Source: Paramoeba atlantica | Lineage: Eukaryota; Protista; Discosea | Assembly (NCBI GenBank): GCA_977017575.1 | Contig: CDRNVI010000043.1 | Location: forward strand, 186,001-250,000 | DNA length: 64,000 bases | Direction of reading: 5' to 3' | Shown: positions 1-11,344 of the stretch, in pieces | How the letters are laid out: every line of letters starts with the position of its first letter | Position numbering within the stretch: the stretch's first letter is position 1 | Program-made: the position numbers and the translations under genes | Notes under the pieces: model-generated | Database searches by the model: none | What the model was told of the DNA's origin: nothing | The model's input: the letters and a program-made list of their open reading frames with translations, nothing else

Positions 1-287
1 ATGTCATACGATTGGTATGAAAGCGTTTGAGCAAAACTTTTTCTCAAAAAAACACCGTTTAATTCACTGAAATTAACATTGAGTTAAAGGGTGGTATTAA
101 TTCACCATTTAATTTATCGTTCACAGGTTTGGCAGCCGAACCATTTTGGACAGGTTCGTAGAGCATCCACTTGAACTCACGCTTTGCCCCCTGTAGGTCG
201 GGCTACACGTCAAACTCAAAGGTTTTGTCTCTGAACGCATACTGCCGTTGTAGGGGATTTGTTTGAGGTGGGCCCCTAAACGCAGTC

Positions 288-319
288 TCCCTGGTATCGG
301 ATCGATCCGATACCAGGGA
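288..319. repeat. Perfect 32-bp palindrome
   Basis: tccctggtatcggatc|gatccgataccaggga is its own reverse complement. Confidence 0.95.
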
Positions 320-464
320 AAGGCGTCCCACCCAGTGGGAATGGCTTCAAACTGAAATACCTATTGTCCGTTCTCTATCCATACGATTTACTTACTTTGT
401 ACAGAATAATACAATTGATTTTGTCGCGAATTTACCTTAATTCTTAACAGATACTTTTCGCCGT

Positions 465-1061
465 TTAAGAGTATGTTGCATCGCGTTTGAAAATATGCCG
501 TGGAATATGTAGGCAAAAGTTGCATCTGTACTTCTCTATCAAAACTTCGGGGGATAGATCTAGCGATTCGAGATCTCGTTGCACCTCTCTAGCCCATGAG
601 CTCTCATTAAAATTTGACAAATACGGCATGCAAGCCAAGTCGTTGTTATCTATCTCATCCGTTTTAAATAGAATAGATTTGATAGGGTGTAAGGCATTTG
701 CGCGAAAGATGCGACCGGCAAGCGCAAGTCTGTGCAGAGAGATGAGAATAGCTATGGATGGTAAGCCAGCGTGAGCTTGTAAAGCAAAATGTGAAATATA
801 GTGTTTTCTACCCCATGCGTCAAAGTAATAGAAGATGTCAAGAACACTGGATAGATGGTTAATGTATGTCCTATTGAGATCGAATAAGTCTTTTGAGGAC
901 AGAACCCATGATTCCGCTCCATATATAAGAATCGGCAGCACACACGTCTTATATACAGTCCAGGTACTGGTTTCCTCCCCCAGGCTCCAGAGCACACCGT
1001 AAGAGCTTTTGACCTAATTCCTTCGGCATTCAACAGATCTCGAAAAACTAGAGCGTTTCCC
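465..1061 (-). mobile_element. Non-LTR (RTE-like LINE) reverse transcriptase C-terminal fragment, frameshifted and 5'-truncated
   Basis: VYKTCVLPILIYGAESW matches the Y-x3-V-x-P-x-L-x-YG-x-E-x-W motif downstream of LINE RT; the preceding AGNALVFRDLLNAEGIRSK is in another frame. Confidence 0.7.
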
Positions 1062-1633
1062 GCCGTTTGCGTGCCTATCACCCTCCCTGGGTCAAAAATG
1101 TTTAGAAAAAGCACGAAAAAATAGCATAAGTTTACTAAAAAATCCAAATATTTCGAAAATTTGGGAGTTTTCTATTCAAATATGGTTTCTCATTCTATGA
1201 ATTTGAGGGATACTCCCGTCAAATCTACTAAAGACCAGTACTAAAGGCCAGTACAACTCGACGAAAAGCAAGATACCCCCTATTACCCATAAAACGTCAC
1301 GATGTGCACTCGCAGAGCGCCTTAACCGAATTGTTAAGGAAAATTTGATACCAGAGACTGAAAAACAGCTCCGGAAGGCGCTAAAGAAAGCCTTTATGAT
1401 GCTTAAGCCTCATCCTCATGGGCGCTAATTCTTAATTTGCATAAATTCAGTTCCTAAACGCTTGCGAATTGTGCGGAGCGTTCAAGGAGACCATTGTAGG
1501 TACTAATATATAGGAATCTATACTAATATATCTATCTGTACTAATATACAACTTTGGGATGCAACTTTGGGAAACGCACTAGCTTTTCGAGATCTGTCGA
1601 ATGCCGAAGGAATTAGGTCAAAAGCTCTTACGG
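997..1633. repeat. 65-bp inverted repeat pair (997-1061 / 1569-1633)
   Basis: ccgtaagagcttttgacctaattccttcggcattc...gcgtttccc recurs as a near-identical reverse complement. Confidence 0.9.
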
Positions 1634-1986
1634 AAAAATGGTGTATGAAACCCTAAGGATGATCAAATCTCGCCATTTTCCCCCCAATTTTTAAGAGTTT
1701 TGAAGGGCACCCCAAATACCAAAATTATTTACTTGTATTTCATCAGCACATCTTCTGGGGCCATTCGTGCTTTCAATTTCCAATTTCGCTCGTTAATGTG
1801 TTGTCCATGCAGTATCGATGCCCTACCGAACTCTACAAGTCTGTCACATCTTTTGACAACCTGGTGTGCTACAATTTGAGCCGTAGAACTCTTATTTTCT
1901 ATAAATATCCCAGAATCGCTTGGTCAATGTCTTCTCTTTCGTCAACACCTCTTTAGAAGGATTGTAAAATCGCTCAACATTTGAAG

Positions 1987-2716
1987 TACTGTACCCCCCC
2001 TACTCAATTGTCTCCGCTTTTCGGGAAAAAGGACAATTAAATAGGGGAAGGGGTGCAAAATTTGAAGAAAGTAGGGGGAAAAAAATTTGCGCCGCTTCGC
2101 GCCGCATGTTTCACTCTATGCTACTATCTGCTATTATTGTTCTTGTGTAAGCGTAGGTCCAATGGACACTAAAAAATTTGCGATGGGTCCCACTAGAGGA
2201 TTTTCTAGAGGCCCTACCCAAGAGACAGGAGGCCGTACTCTCACTCAACGCCCTAGAGGACCAGTAACCCGTTGTTCATTGGAGGTAGTTCCCGTGTCCG
2301 ATAAATGGGGCTCTGAGGGAGAGTCGCCATTTCCAGGAAGGGGGTTAGATGAAGGGTAATCACCGGGAGCATTAACGTTTTCCGGAAGAGAGAAAGATGA
2401 ATGGAAGTCAACTGAAGGGTTACCATTTTCCGGTAGGGGAAGAGATGAAAGGGATTGGCTGGACGGGTTAGCCATCATACCAATCGGTTCCTACCTCGGA
2501 GAACCATCAGTGCAAAAGAGTAAAAAATGAGTCAAATATTGTGTAACAAGATGTAATACGGTGCCCGTAGGACGTATATCACATTACACTAGAAAATAAG
2601 AAAATGAACAGAAAAAATCGGCGCCGCTTCGCGGCGCCTCGTGCCCAAGGCTCTGTCAAAAAGGACAATTAAATAGGGGGGTAGACGGGGGACAATTAAG
2701 TAGGGGGGGCACAGTA
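1987..2716. mobile_element. Non-autonomous Tc1/mariner-type TIR element (MITE)
   Basis: TA-ctgtaccccccctactcaattgtc ... gacaattaagtagggggggcacag-TA; subterminal aggacaattaaatagggg repeats. Confidence 0.7.
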
Positions 2717-2729
2717 TTTGTTTTTTTTG

Positions 2730-3302
2730 CAGGGCCCGCGGAAACTTTTTAAAAGCTAAAAAAAGCTTTTTCAGATCAGAAGGAGAAAGCGCTTTAAAAG
2801 CATTAGTCGAGCTTTTTTTTAGCGTTCGAGATTTTGAATACATGGGTACACCACTTCATTGTCTACGCAACCGCCGTAGCTCATTTCGGCTAAAAGTTGC
2901 CTGCCATAACGTATCTGCCTGCCCTCATGTCGTATCTCATAGCTGACTAGGGCCTCTCAATACAATTAAATACACGCTCCACTTCTAAAATATCTGTTGA
3001 GGTGAAGTAAAACATCTGGGGTGGAGGGGCACATGGACGAAAAAATTAAAAGGCAGCAACAGGGTACAGAAATGCAAATGTAGGTTACTGTATCGGGAAA
3101 ATCTCTACCATCGGGACCAGTGGTGCGTTCGAAATACTCTAAGCGGAAAGCTCATCGGGCCAAGTTGCTATCGCTCGTCATAGAATAAGAATAAAGCGGT
3201 AAAATAATTCTCTCATAAAAAAAGTTTTTAAAAGCTCTATTAAAAAGTTGAAAGCGCTTTAAAAGCCTTTTTTTGGAAGTTTAAAAGTTTCCGCGGGCCC
3301 TG
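2730..3302. mobile_element. TIR element with CAGGG ends (hAT-like), non-autonomous
   Basis: cagggcccgcggaaactttt ... aaaagtttccgcgggccctg; no clear target duplication. Confidence 0.55.
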
Positions 3303-3342
3303 AATTTTGGAACAAATTTGGGGGAAAAAGAGAGATTCGACC

Positions 3343-3657
3343 CTAAGGATTATGTTTTAAACGTTGAGCAAGTTTTGCTTGCTTTGCCTGGCGCTCAGCG
3401 TTCTGTTTGGCCGTAATTTTCTTAAGAATTCCTTCTTGTTGCAACAAAACTTTCATCTGACGCTTCCATTTCCTTGCCAATTCGTATTTTCGCAAAGCAA
3501 ATCCATACGGACGCATGTTCCTCAATCCCCGGGAATCAGTTAAATCCTCAATAAGATTTCGTGAAAGGACGGGTCCTACATGTGTCCGAGGAGACATTAA
3601 TAAAGAACAACGAAGCATTAACGGAAAGAACGAGCCTACCTCGAAGGTATTTTTCAT
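3343..3657 (-). CDS. Small basic hypothetical protein, possibly mitochondrial
   Basis: 104-aa ORF on the gene-bearing strand, K/R-rich helical C-terminus; no family recognised. Confidence 0.35.
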   Translation of the reverse strand: MKNTFEVGSFFPLMLRCSLLMSPRTHVGPVLSRNLIEDLTDSRGLRNMRPYGFALRKYELARKWKRQMKVLLQQEGILKKITAKQNAERQAKQAKLAQRLKHNP

Positions 3658-3848
3658 TGAAAGTCTTCTTGTAATCAGAAGGTATGATTGGATGGTCGTT
3701 GAAGCAATATTCGGCGCAATATGCTTAAAATTGGGACGTTCAAAAGATACATGGTCATATGTGTTGGAATACAGGGTATTTTAGAAATATCGTTATTAAA
3801 TACTATTTTTTTTGGAACACTGACGACACTGATCAGAGGAAATGCAAG

Positions 3849-4105
3849 TACCGTAGACCCCCCAGTAAGAAACTTACCCCGCTAAGAGAGATTCGGCCCA
3901 TTTTGGGCTGACTCCTAGTACTGTAACGAAGATTGGGCTGACAGGGACTAGCTGGCAGGGACAGAGATTTGACATTTTTGGCCCAAAACCGATTCTATTA
4001 CTGATGGATTCCATTACAGCCAGAATCTGTTATATATTTTCTTCCAGCTATCGTATACCACGGCGGTACCAATCTTTTAATTCTATTACTGGCAGGTCTG
4101 CGGTA
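3849..4105. mobile_element. MITE, TA-CCGTAGACC family
   Basis: TA-ccgtagaccccccagtaa ... ttactggcaggtctgcgg-TA; same ends as 26043-26170. Confidence 0.7.
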
Positions 4106-4172
4106 AATAATTTAGGTAAAAGGTAATCTATTTAGTGCTTTTTAAAAGTTTAGGAAACAGAGGCAAAAAACT

Positions 4173-5975
4173 TCAGAAAGTTTTTCCCCTTCGTATACAT
4201 CCTTCATATGAATCAGAAGCAATTTTTACAGATCTCCACGCATCGCGCAATGCATGTAGGGCTAATGAGGAAGACATGATGACACCCAGACCCTTGGAAT
4301 CTGCTTGCACTTCAACGGATGTGTCAATATGATGCTTGGTAAAAAAATTTCTTGTTAGCACGCGGACTTCACAACGCTCCAATATTTCGTACGGAAGATG
4401 ATGCCCCTCCTCGGGAATGCACAAAATAATACGAAGGCTACACAGAACACAATATATCCTTCGTAGGAAAGAACTTGTTCCTCTAATAGAAGAACAGTTT
4501 TGTTGCTTTTCCAATCGCGATCTACCAACTTTAAGCAAAGCTCGATGAAAATCGTAAGGCTGAAATACAGAACAGGTTATATCTATCTTGCGTGCACCAT
4601 TTTCGCATTTCCGATTATATTGCACTGGATTTAGATACGGATATTCAGTGTCAAGTGCCCACCATGACAGCGCTGAAGTCTTTGAGGGTCCTTCAACGCC
4701 TACGCTGCAAATGCTAAGAAAGCTGTGACGATAATAAAGTTTCGAAGCTAAATCTGATTTTAACGAAGTTAATGAAGGTTTTTCCATAATCTCTATTCTT
4801 CTAAGAACGATATCCAGCTTTTGCGGTATTTTAAGAAGTATCAAGGGAAGAGCTGATTTCTTTTCTTCGTGCATTAATTTGAGCGGTTCTTGACTCTTTC
4901 TCACTGCAGAGTAGAAAATATTTACTTCGTTGCCTATCGCTGCATGACGATATACCATTGTGCTCTTATTCGCTCCGAGGCATCCTCTCGTGTTCAGTTT
5001 TCTGCGACCAACTACGTGCGCTGTTCGTATTCCACATGCACTGGCGCTTCGTAGAATAGGTCCTAAGCTAGGATCCCCATATAACCTCACGCAAAGCACA
5101 CTGACTTCCAGCAGCGAAACGCAATACAGTTCTTCCCGCTTTCCTAGAACCACATCAATGAATATTGACCAATCGCTGGATGACATATTTTGCCACAGAC
5201 TTAAATACCAAAGCGCAACAGCTAAGGCACATGCCATATTGAGTGATCCTACACCTTTTGCGCTCATTGCGCAGGAGCTTAAACAGCCTGTATCAGGTAC
5301 TTGAGATTCATCAAAATTAATGTATTGGGGAATGTACGCCATGTATTCATACTTATCGCTAGGTTCAGTTCGCAAACCATTTTCCTCTCCCAAGATAAAC
5401 TGAATATGGGGTCGAAGTGAATCGTTTTTCCGTGCATAGAATCTTGTCCCATGTCTTCCTGTACCATACTCGAGATTAATTCTTTCCAACACACGGAGCA
5501 AACTTTCGGCGGGAGCCCAAGTCCCTGATGGCGGTGATAAAGCAATTCGAATCAGCGGAACACAGCGTTTGGACATTTTCGCAGGTGCAGAAGCTTCTCC
5601 ATGTCTCAAACAACGAAACGAATACGGGTAAAAAAGGAAGGGAAGTTCTTCACGGTATTGCACAGACTCGTTTTCAGAATTTCTACGTGGAAAAGTTTTG
5701 ATATTGCTGGATTGTAGTTCTAATTGTCGGTGTGAGGCATCAGGTACTGATGCAGAATTCAAGGCCTTTCGTCGCCCATCGATGTTTAGAGACAATATGT
5801 GGATTGAAACACAAGGCTGTATTTCCAACCATAACCTTGCAAGCGACCATAAATTTCGACGAAATTTCACACCTTGAACAATGACAGAATGTGATGCTGG
5901 CAATATGATTCCTTTCCTTGGCCAAACTATTCCCATTGTCCAGGCTTCCCAAAGCACACACATGTGTGGCTGCAT
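4173..5975 (-). CDS. SpoU/TrmH (SPOUT) family RNA methyltransferase, probably with duplicated SPOUT motifs; real start may be MSKRC at 5576
   Basis: SLNMACALAVAL (motif 3), LGPILRSASACGI (motif 1), IPEEGHHLPYEILERCE (motif 2). Confidence 0.6.
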   Translation of the reverse strand: MQPHMCVLWEAWTMGIVWPRKGIILPASHSVIVQGVKFRRNLWSLARLWLEIQPCVSIHILSLNIDGRRKALNSASVPDASHRQLELQSSNIKTFPRRNSENESVQYREELPFLFYPYSFRCLRHGEASAPAKMSKRCVPLIRIALSPPSGTWAPAESLLRVLERINLEYGTGRHGTRFYARKNDSLRPHIQFILGEENGLRTEPSDKYEYMAYIPQYINFDESQVPDTGCLSSCAMSAKGVGSLNMACALAVALWYLSLWQNMSSSDWSIFIDVVLGKREELYCVSLLEVSVLCVRLYGDPSLGPILRSASACGIRTAHVVGRRKLNTRGCLGANKSTMVYRHAAIGNEVNIFYSAVRKSQEPLKLMHEEKKSALPLILLKIPQKLDIVLRRIEIMEKPSLTSLKSDLASKLYYRHSFLSICSVGVEGPSKTSALSWWALDTEYPYLNPVQYNRKCENGARKIDITCSVFQPYDFHRALLKVGRSRLEKQQNCSSIRGTSSFLRRIYCVLCSLRIILCIPEEGHHLPYEILERCEVRVLTRNFFTKHHIDTSVEVQADSKGLGVIMSSSLALHALRDAWRSVKIASDSYEGCIRRGKTF

Positions 5976-6090
5976 TTAATCCGAAGCAACGACTTAGAAT
6001 CCTCATGTACAAATGCTACGTGGTGTTTATCAAATAATTCAACTTCATGAGTGACACTAATAAAATAACAAAAAGAGTATTATTCATTAA

Positions 6091-7000
6091 TAATTTTCTT
6101 TTTTAGGCTCTTCGTTAAACGCGGTGGTTGCTTTCAACTTAGAAGTCACTCATGCTGCGCGCTTCGCGTTGAAAACTACCGCCGCGTTTAACGAAGAGCC
6201 TAAAAAAGAAAATTTGTCCTGGAAAACGGAAAGATTATAGCCAAAAATAGCCGAATTTCGGGTAAAAATGGGGTGATTTTCGCGTATTTTTGCTCTCAGA
6301 GCACTAAATCCGACATTTGCGCGTGGGAAATCACTCGCAGGCATGAACGAAAGCCTACCGAACGTATTGGGTAGAGAATGCGACTCCAACCATACCATTC
6401 TTTCGACACAAAAATGCCCCTTTAGGTCCGAAAAATACTTTTTCACCTTTTTTAGTCAAAATTGGGTCATTTTGAGGGGCGCACCACGGTTCGAAGAAGT
6501 GATACCTTGCGAAAACAACTGCGGAGAAAGCTAGTGTAGGTCCCAAACTATCAAAATACAATAGGGGAAACGATTTTGGAAAAATATTTTTTTTGTCATT
6601 TTTTTCGCCAAGTTGAAATTTTTTTCAAAAAATTTTTTCCGAAAAAATCCGAACTTGGCGGACCCGTCCTGCGCATACGCGGGGGGGTCACCCCCGGGTA
6701 GGGGGGTGGAAAATGCGCGCCAAGACCCCGGCTACCCTTTCTGCGGTTTTTTTTCGAAAACTAATTTTTTCGAAAAAATTTGCTCGACCATGCCCCCCCC
6801 CCCCTGGACCCCCCCCCTGGACCCCCCCATGGACCCCCCATTTTTTTCAAATTTTTTTTTCAGTTTTGGACCACCGGAGCCCCCTTTTATATTTTTTTCT
6901 TCTATTATATTACTGTGTTCCTCTTTATATTTTCACTGTTTTTGTTCACTTTTTTTTCAATAATCGAGTGTAGAGCGGTAGTTTTACAACCACCGCAATA
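6091..7000 (+). repeat. ~900-bp dispersed repeat, copy A
   Basis: Near-identical to 8453-9341; begins with a 95-bp TA-flanked hairpin (6106-6200). Confidence 0.9.
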
Positions 7001-7140
7001 AAGACACATACATGTATAAACGAAACTAACTCAACTATGATATTAAAAACTATTGCGGTGGTTATACAACTACCGCCCTATCCTCGATTATTGGAAAAAA
7101 GTGAACAAAAACAGTGAAAATATAAAGAGGAAAACAGTAA
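6909..7140. repeat. ~230-bp imperfect palindrome
   Basis: attactgtgttcctctttatattttcactg...tcaataatcgag is mirrored by ctcgattattgga...cagtgaaaatataaagaggaaaacagtaat. Confidence 0.85.
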
Positions 7141-7297
7141 TGAGCCCCGCGTCACCAATAAGTGACCCCCCTTATTTTTTGCATAGGGGGTCGTGGGGGG
7201 GTTATCATGCCACGTTGTCGTTCAAAATTTTGAGATCTGTACGTTCCCGCTGTTTTTAGCTCATTTTAAGACTTTAAATTTCAGTAAAAAATAGTAT

Positions 7298-8096
7298 TTG
7301 ATTTTTCAACCTTTTTTTCCAAAAATGCCAAAATCACCATATCGACTCCCAAGAGGGGTGCTTACTTCTAGTGGAAAGGTTCTTTTAAAGATGAGGCACG
7401 GACAAGGAGTACCAATAAAAAAGCTAGCCCGTGATTTCAACGTTTCTAGAAGGATAGTTAAAATATATTTGAACGCAAAAAAGCTACCCCAGTATACACT
7501 TTGAGTCCTGAGCGAAACAAAATAATGAAAACTCGTAAAACGAGAATTAAGATAATAACCCCTCTCGACCCTGCTGGAGTACCGAGATTCAATTCATCAA
7601 GGCGCATAACAGCCCAATTGAAGAAAAAGAATATACAAGTTTCAAAAAGAACAGTACAGAGAGACTTATCATCCCTGGATTACAGATATGCCGCCCGGCC
7701 GCTATGCCAAGGGCTTACCGAACACGACAAAAAGGAAAAAGAGTTCAATTTGCGTTGAATTACAATATGGATACTGCCCGTGTCATCTTTACGGACGAAA
7801 AAATATTTGATACGAATGATAGCAGAAGAAAAATGTGGGTAAGGCGCGGTCAAAAAGCAGCCCCGCGTCAAAAAGTACGTTGGGCACCAAGATGCCAAGT
7901 TTGGGGTGCTGTAGGGGTGGGGTGGAGGTACTTGGTAATTCTACAAAATGACACATCTATTACAAGTGAGACGTACATAGAAACATTAAAAGAGGTAGAT
8001 TTCCCCCCTAATCGTATTTTTCAGCAAGATAGGGCAACGGCACACACTTTCGATGAGTACTCATCCAAACTACCATTACAATGCGATCTGCGGTAG
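7298..8096 (+). pseudogene. Tc1/mariner (IS630-Tc1) transposase, split over three frames and truncated before the catalytic E
   Basis: HTH IKKLARDFNVSRRIV; second HTH SSRRITAQL...VSKRTVQR; VIFTDEKIF, WGAVG, FQQDRATAH. Confidence 0.85.
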
Positions 8097-8137
8097 TTTG
8101 GATGAGTACTTTCATTTTCGTCGGAGGGCGGTAATAG

Positions 8138-9674
8138 TACTGTACCCCCACCCCTAGTTATCTGTCGCTACTTTTCGAGAAAAGGTGACAGATAACTAGG
8201 GGTGGGGTAGGGGTGCGACAGATAACTAGGGGTGGGGTAGGGGTGCGACAGATAACTAGAGGGGTCAAAGTGCGACAGATAACTAGGGGGGTCCGTCGCC
8301 AAAAAAAGCGAGGGAACGAAATGTAACAGAAACAGCATCTTTATTGCCTAGGAAGATTCCTTTCTACCCCGATGGGGTACTATAAGCTGAAGACATGCGT
8401 CTACGGGTTAAAAGAAGCCCAGAGAGTAATTCACACATTTTATTGGGTTAAAATAATTTTCTTTTTTAGGCTCTTCATTAAACGCGGTGGTTGTTTTCAA
8501 CTTAGAAGTCACTCATGCTGCGCGCTTCGCGTTGAAAACTACCGCCGCGTTTAACGAAGAGCCTAAAAAAGAAAATTTAGCCTGGAAAACGGAAAGATTA
8601 TAGCCCAAAATAGCCGAATTTCGGGTAAAAATGGGGTGATTTTGGCGTAATTTTGCTCTCAGAGCACTAAATCCGACATTTGCGCGTGGGAAATCACTCG
8701 TAGGCATGAATGAAAGCCTACGGAACGTATTGGGTAGAGAATGCGACTCCAACCATACCATTCTTTCGACACAAAAATGCCCCTTTAGGTCCGAAAAATA
8801 CTTTTTCACCTTTTTTAGTCAAAAATGGGTCATTTTGAGGGGCGCACCACGGTTAGAAGAAGGGATACCTTGCGAAAGCAACTGCGGAGAAAGCTAGTGT
8901 AGGTCCCAAACTATCAAAATACAACAGGGGAAACGATTTTGGAAAAATATTTTTTTTGCCATTTTTTTCGCCAAGTTGAATTTTTTTTCAAAATTTTTTT
9001 TCCGAAAAAATCCGAACTAGGCAGACCCGTCCTGCGGATACGCGGGGGGGTCACCCCCGGGTAGGGGGGTGGAAAATGAGCGCCAAGACCCCGGCTACCC
9101 TTTCTGCGGTTTTTTTTCGAAAACTAATTTTTTCGAAAAAATTTGCTCGACCATGACCCCCCCCCTGGACCCCCCATTTTTATCAATTTTTTTTTTCAGT
9201 TTTGGACCACCGGAGCCCCCTTTTATATTTTTTTCTTCTATTATATTACTGTGTTCCTCTTTATATTTTCACTGTTTTTGTTCACTTTTTTTTCAATAAT
9301 CGAGTAGTTTTACAACCGGTAGTTTTACAACCACCGCAATAATTATGTTGCATCCATGGGTTAAAGTAAAACATCGGGAGCTATTGGACTCCAATCACAT
9401 GATGGAGGGGATACCGAAGCGGACGATGATGGGGATGATGAAAGGGATGATGATCCAATTTTCCGATTTTGACCGTAGAACGCCACGCAAAACCATTAGC
9501 CTAAAAGCAGAACAGAAAAAAATTAAACTTTCGCTTCTATTTTTATAAATTTTTCATTTTGTTTAGAAAGGCGACAGATAACTAGGTCGACGAAAAAAAA
9601 ATGTTCGAAAGGCTGAAAAGCGACAGATAACTAGGGGGGTGGGGGGGTGACAGATAACTAGGGGGGGTACAGTA
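8138..9674. mobile_element. TA-flanked TIR element carrying repeat copy B
   Basis: TA-ctgtacccccacccctagttatctgtc ... gacagataactagggggggtacag-TA; multiple subterminal gacagataactagggg repeats. Confidence 0.75.
8453..9341 (+). repeat. ~900-bp dispersed repeat, copy B
   Basis: Direct repeat of 6091-7000. Confidence 0.9.
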
Positions 9675-9714
9675 GTTTGGATGAGTACTCATCGAAACTA
9701 CCACAATCCCAAAA

Positions 9715-10167
9715 ATTCAACTTGGCGAAAAAACTGGTAAACACAATATTTTTTTAAAATCGTTTCCCCTGTTGTATTTTGATAGTTTGGGACCTACATT
9801 AGCTTTCTGCGCCGTTGTTTTCACAAGGTACCCCTTCTTGGAGCCGTGCTGTGCCTAGAAAAATGACCCATTTTTGACTAAAAGCAAAATAGCATTATCT
9901 ACCCAATACGTTCGATAGGCTTTCATTCATGCCTACGAGTGATTTCTCACACGCAAATATCAGATTTAGTGCTCTGAGAGCAAAAATACCCTGAAATGAC
10001 CCCATTTTTACCCGAAAATCGGCTACTTTTGGCTATAATCTTTCCGTTTTCTTCAGCTTTCCAGACCAAATTTTCTTTTTTAGGCTCTTCGTTAAACGCG
10101 GTGGTCAACGCGAAGCGCGCAGCATGAGTGACTTCTAAGTTGAAAACAACCACCACGTTTAACGAAG
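9715..10167 (-). repeat. Dispersed repeat, partial inverted copy C
   Basis: Reverse complement of the first half of copies A/B (e.g. aatcgtttcccctgttgtattttgatagtttgggacctaca). Confidence 0.85.
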
Positions 10168-10397
10168 AGTCTAAAATTATCCAATAGTACTGAGCCATAG
10201 TATTGAGCCATAGAGCCTAAAAATATATTTATAAGTTTACTTCATTCACCACGAAGCGCGCAGCATTACCTTTATCATCGGACATTAACCGTCTCCTGTA
10301 ATAAAGCTCTAGACAAAAAATAACCTCAAATAAATTCTTCCGTAAATACATCCTTCTCTGACAAAATTCTCATAATGCGATGAATCGTGAATATGCT

Positions 10398-10844
10398 TCA
10401 AGAAAACTGAGCCTGAAAATTGGCATTTCGTTCCAGAAGTCGCTTCTTCTTCGTTGATACTTTCGAATGGTTATGTGCTGTTGATGTACTCTTCTTTTCT
10501 GTAGAAGATTGTGTACAATGTGTATTATCCTTGTTGTCTACATATCTTCGCCTTTGGGCGTGAAGGTTGCCTTCCCCAGTTGCACAAGAAACACAAAAAT
10601 CTCGGACTCGACACTCGGCTCCACACTGAGTACATTGATTTTTTCCTGCTGATGTGCGTGCTTCTAACTCCGCGTAGATGTCATAGGAGCAACAGTGTCC
10701 CATACGAATTTTTTGTTTGTGCCTTACGTTCTTGCGAGTCGATTTTTCGTGAGGTGGAAGAGATACTTGGAGTGGGCGTTGTGACACGATGGTTGTATTT
10801 CGTTGAAGACGACGCTTTCTGCGCTTTTGAGTTTTGGAAGCCAT
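10398..10844 (-). CDS. Possible small basic protein with CxxC...CxxC
   Basis: KRRKRR and CTQCGAECRVRDFCVSC; no family recognised. Confidence 0.25.
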   Translation of the reverse strand: MASKTQKRRKRRLQRNTTIVSQRPLQVSLPPHEKSTRKNVRHKQKIRMGHCCSYDIYAELEARTSAGKNQCTQCGAECRVRDFCVSCATGEGNLHAQRRRYVDNKDNTHCTQSSTEKKSTSTAHNHSKVSTKKKRLLERNANFQAQFS

Positions 10845-11104
10845 GAAGTTTTTAAATCTCTAGGTAAAGGTTCTCTTTCTAGCATAATACACGAAGTAAA
10901 AGACGTCATGAACAAAAGCATTTTTTGAAAGAAAAGAGGAAAAGCAATTCGCATTTACGACATGCGCAAAGCGCTTGTTGTTGCTTTTTGCCTCTTGACA
11001 CTGTACTTTAGATCAGTAAACATTAGATTCCCGGGGCTTCAAGTCACGTACTGGTCCACCAAATATTTCTTGCTAGCTTTTTCAACGTGATACAAATTGA
11101 GGGC

Positions 11105-11235
11105 GGCCGGACAGGACCGATGCCTTTGGACAGATAAAATGCCTCTGGAGAGACAAAATGCCTCTGGACAGATAAAATGCCTTTGGACAGATAAAATGCC
11201 TTTGGACAAATAAAGTGCCCTCGGACAGGAAAATA
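11105..11235. repeat. Minisatellite, ~20-bp unit
   Basis: (aaatgcctYtggacagata)n. Confidence 0.85.
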
Positions 11236-11344
11236 GCCTCCCATCCATTAACCTTCCTCGCCATATTCATCAGTGGTGGAGCTCCTCCGCACGGGTAAAT
11301 TAGGTCACACAGCTTTCATCTTCTCTGTGAGCTCACCCGCGCTG

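Noticed and set aside
7021-7060. Spliced-leader RNA gene (aactaac start)
   Set aside because: Only 7 nt resemble the SL 5' end; it is the loop of a palindrome, with no donor site or Sm site
6150-9299. Duplicated short ORFs (6150-6446, 8513-8809, 6613-6963, 9069-9299)
   Set aside because: They fall inside non-coding dispersed repeats and have no protein motifs
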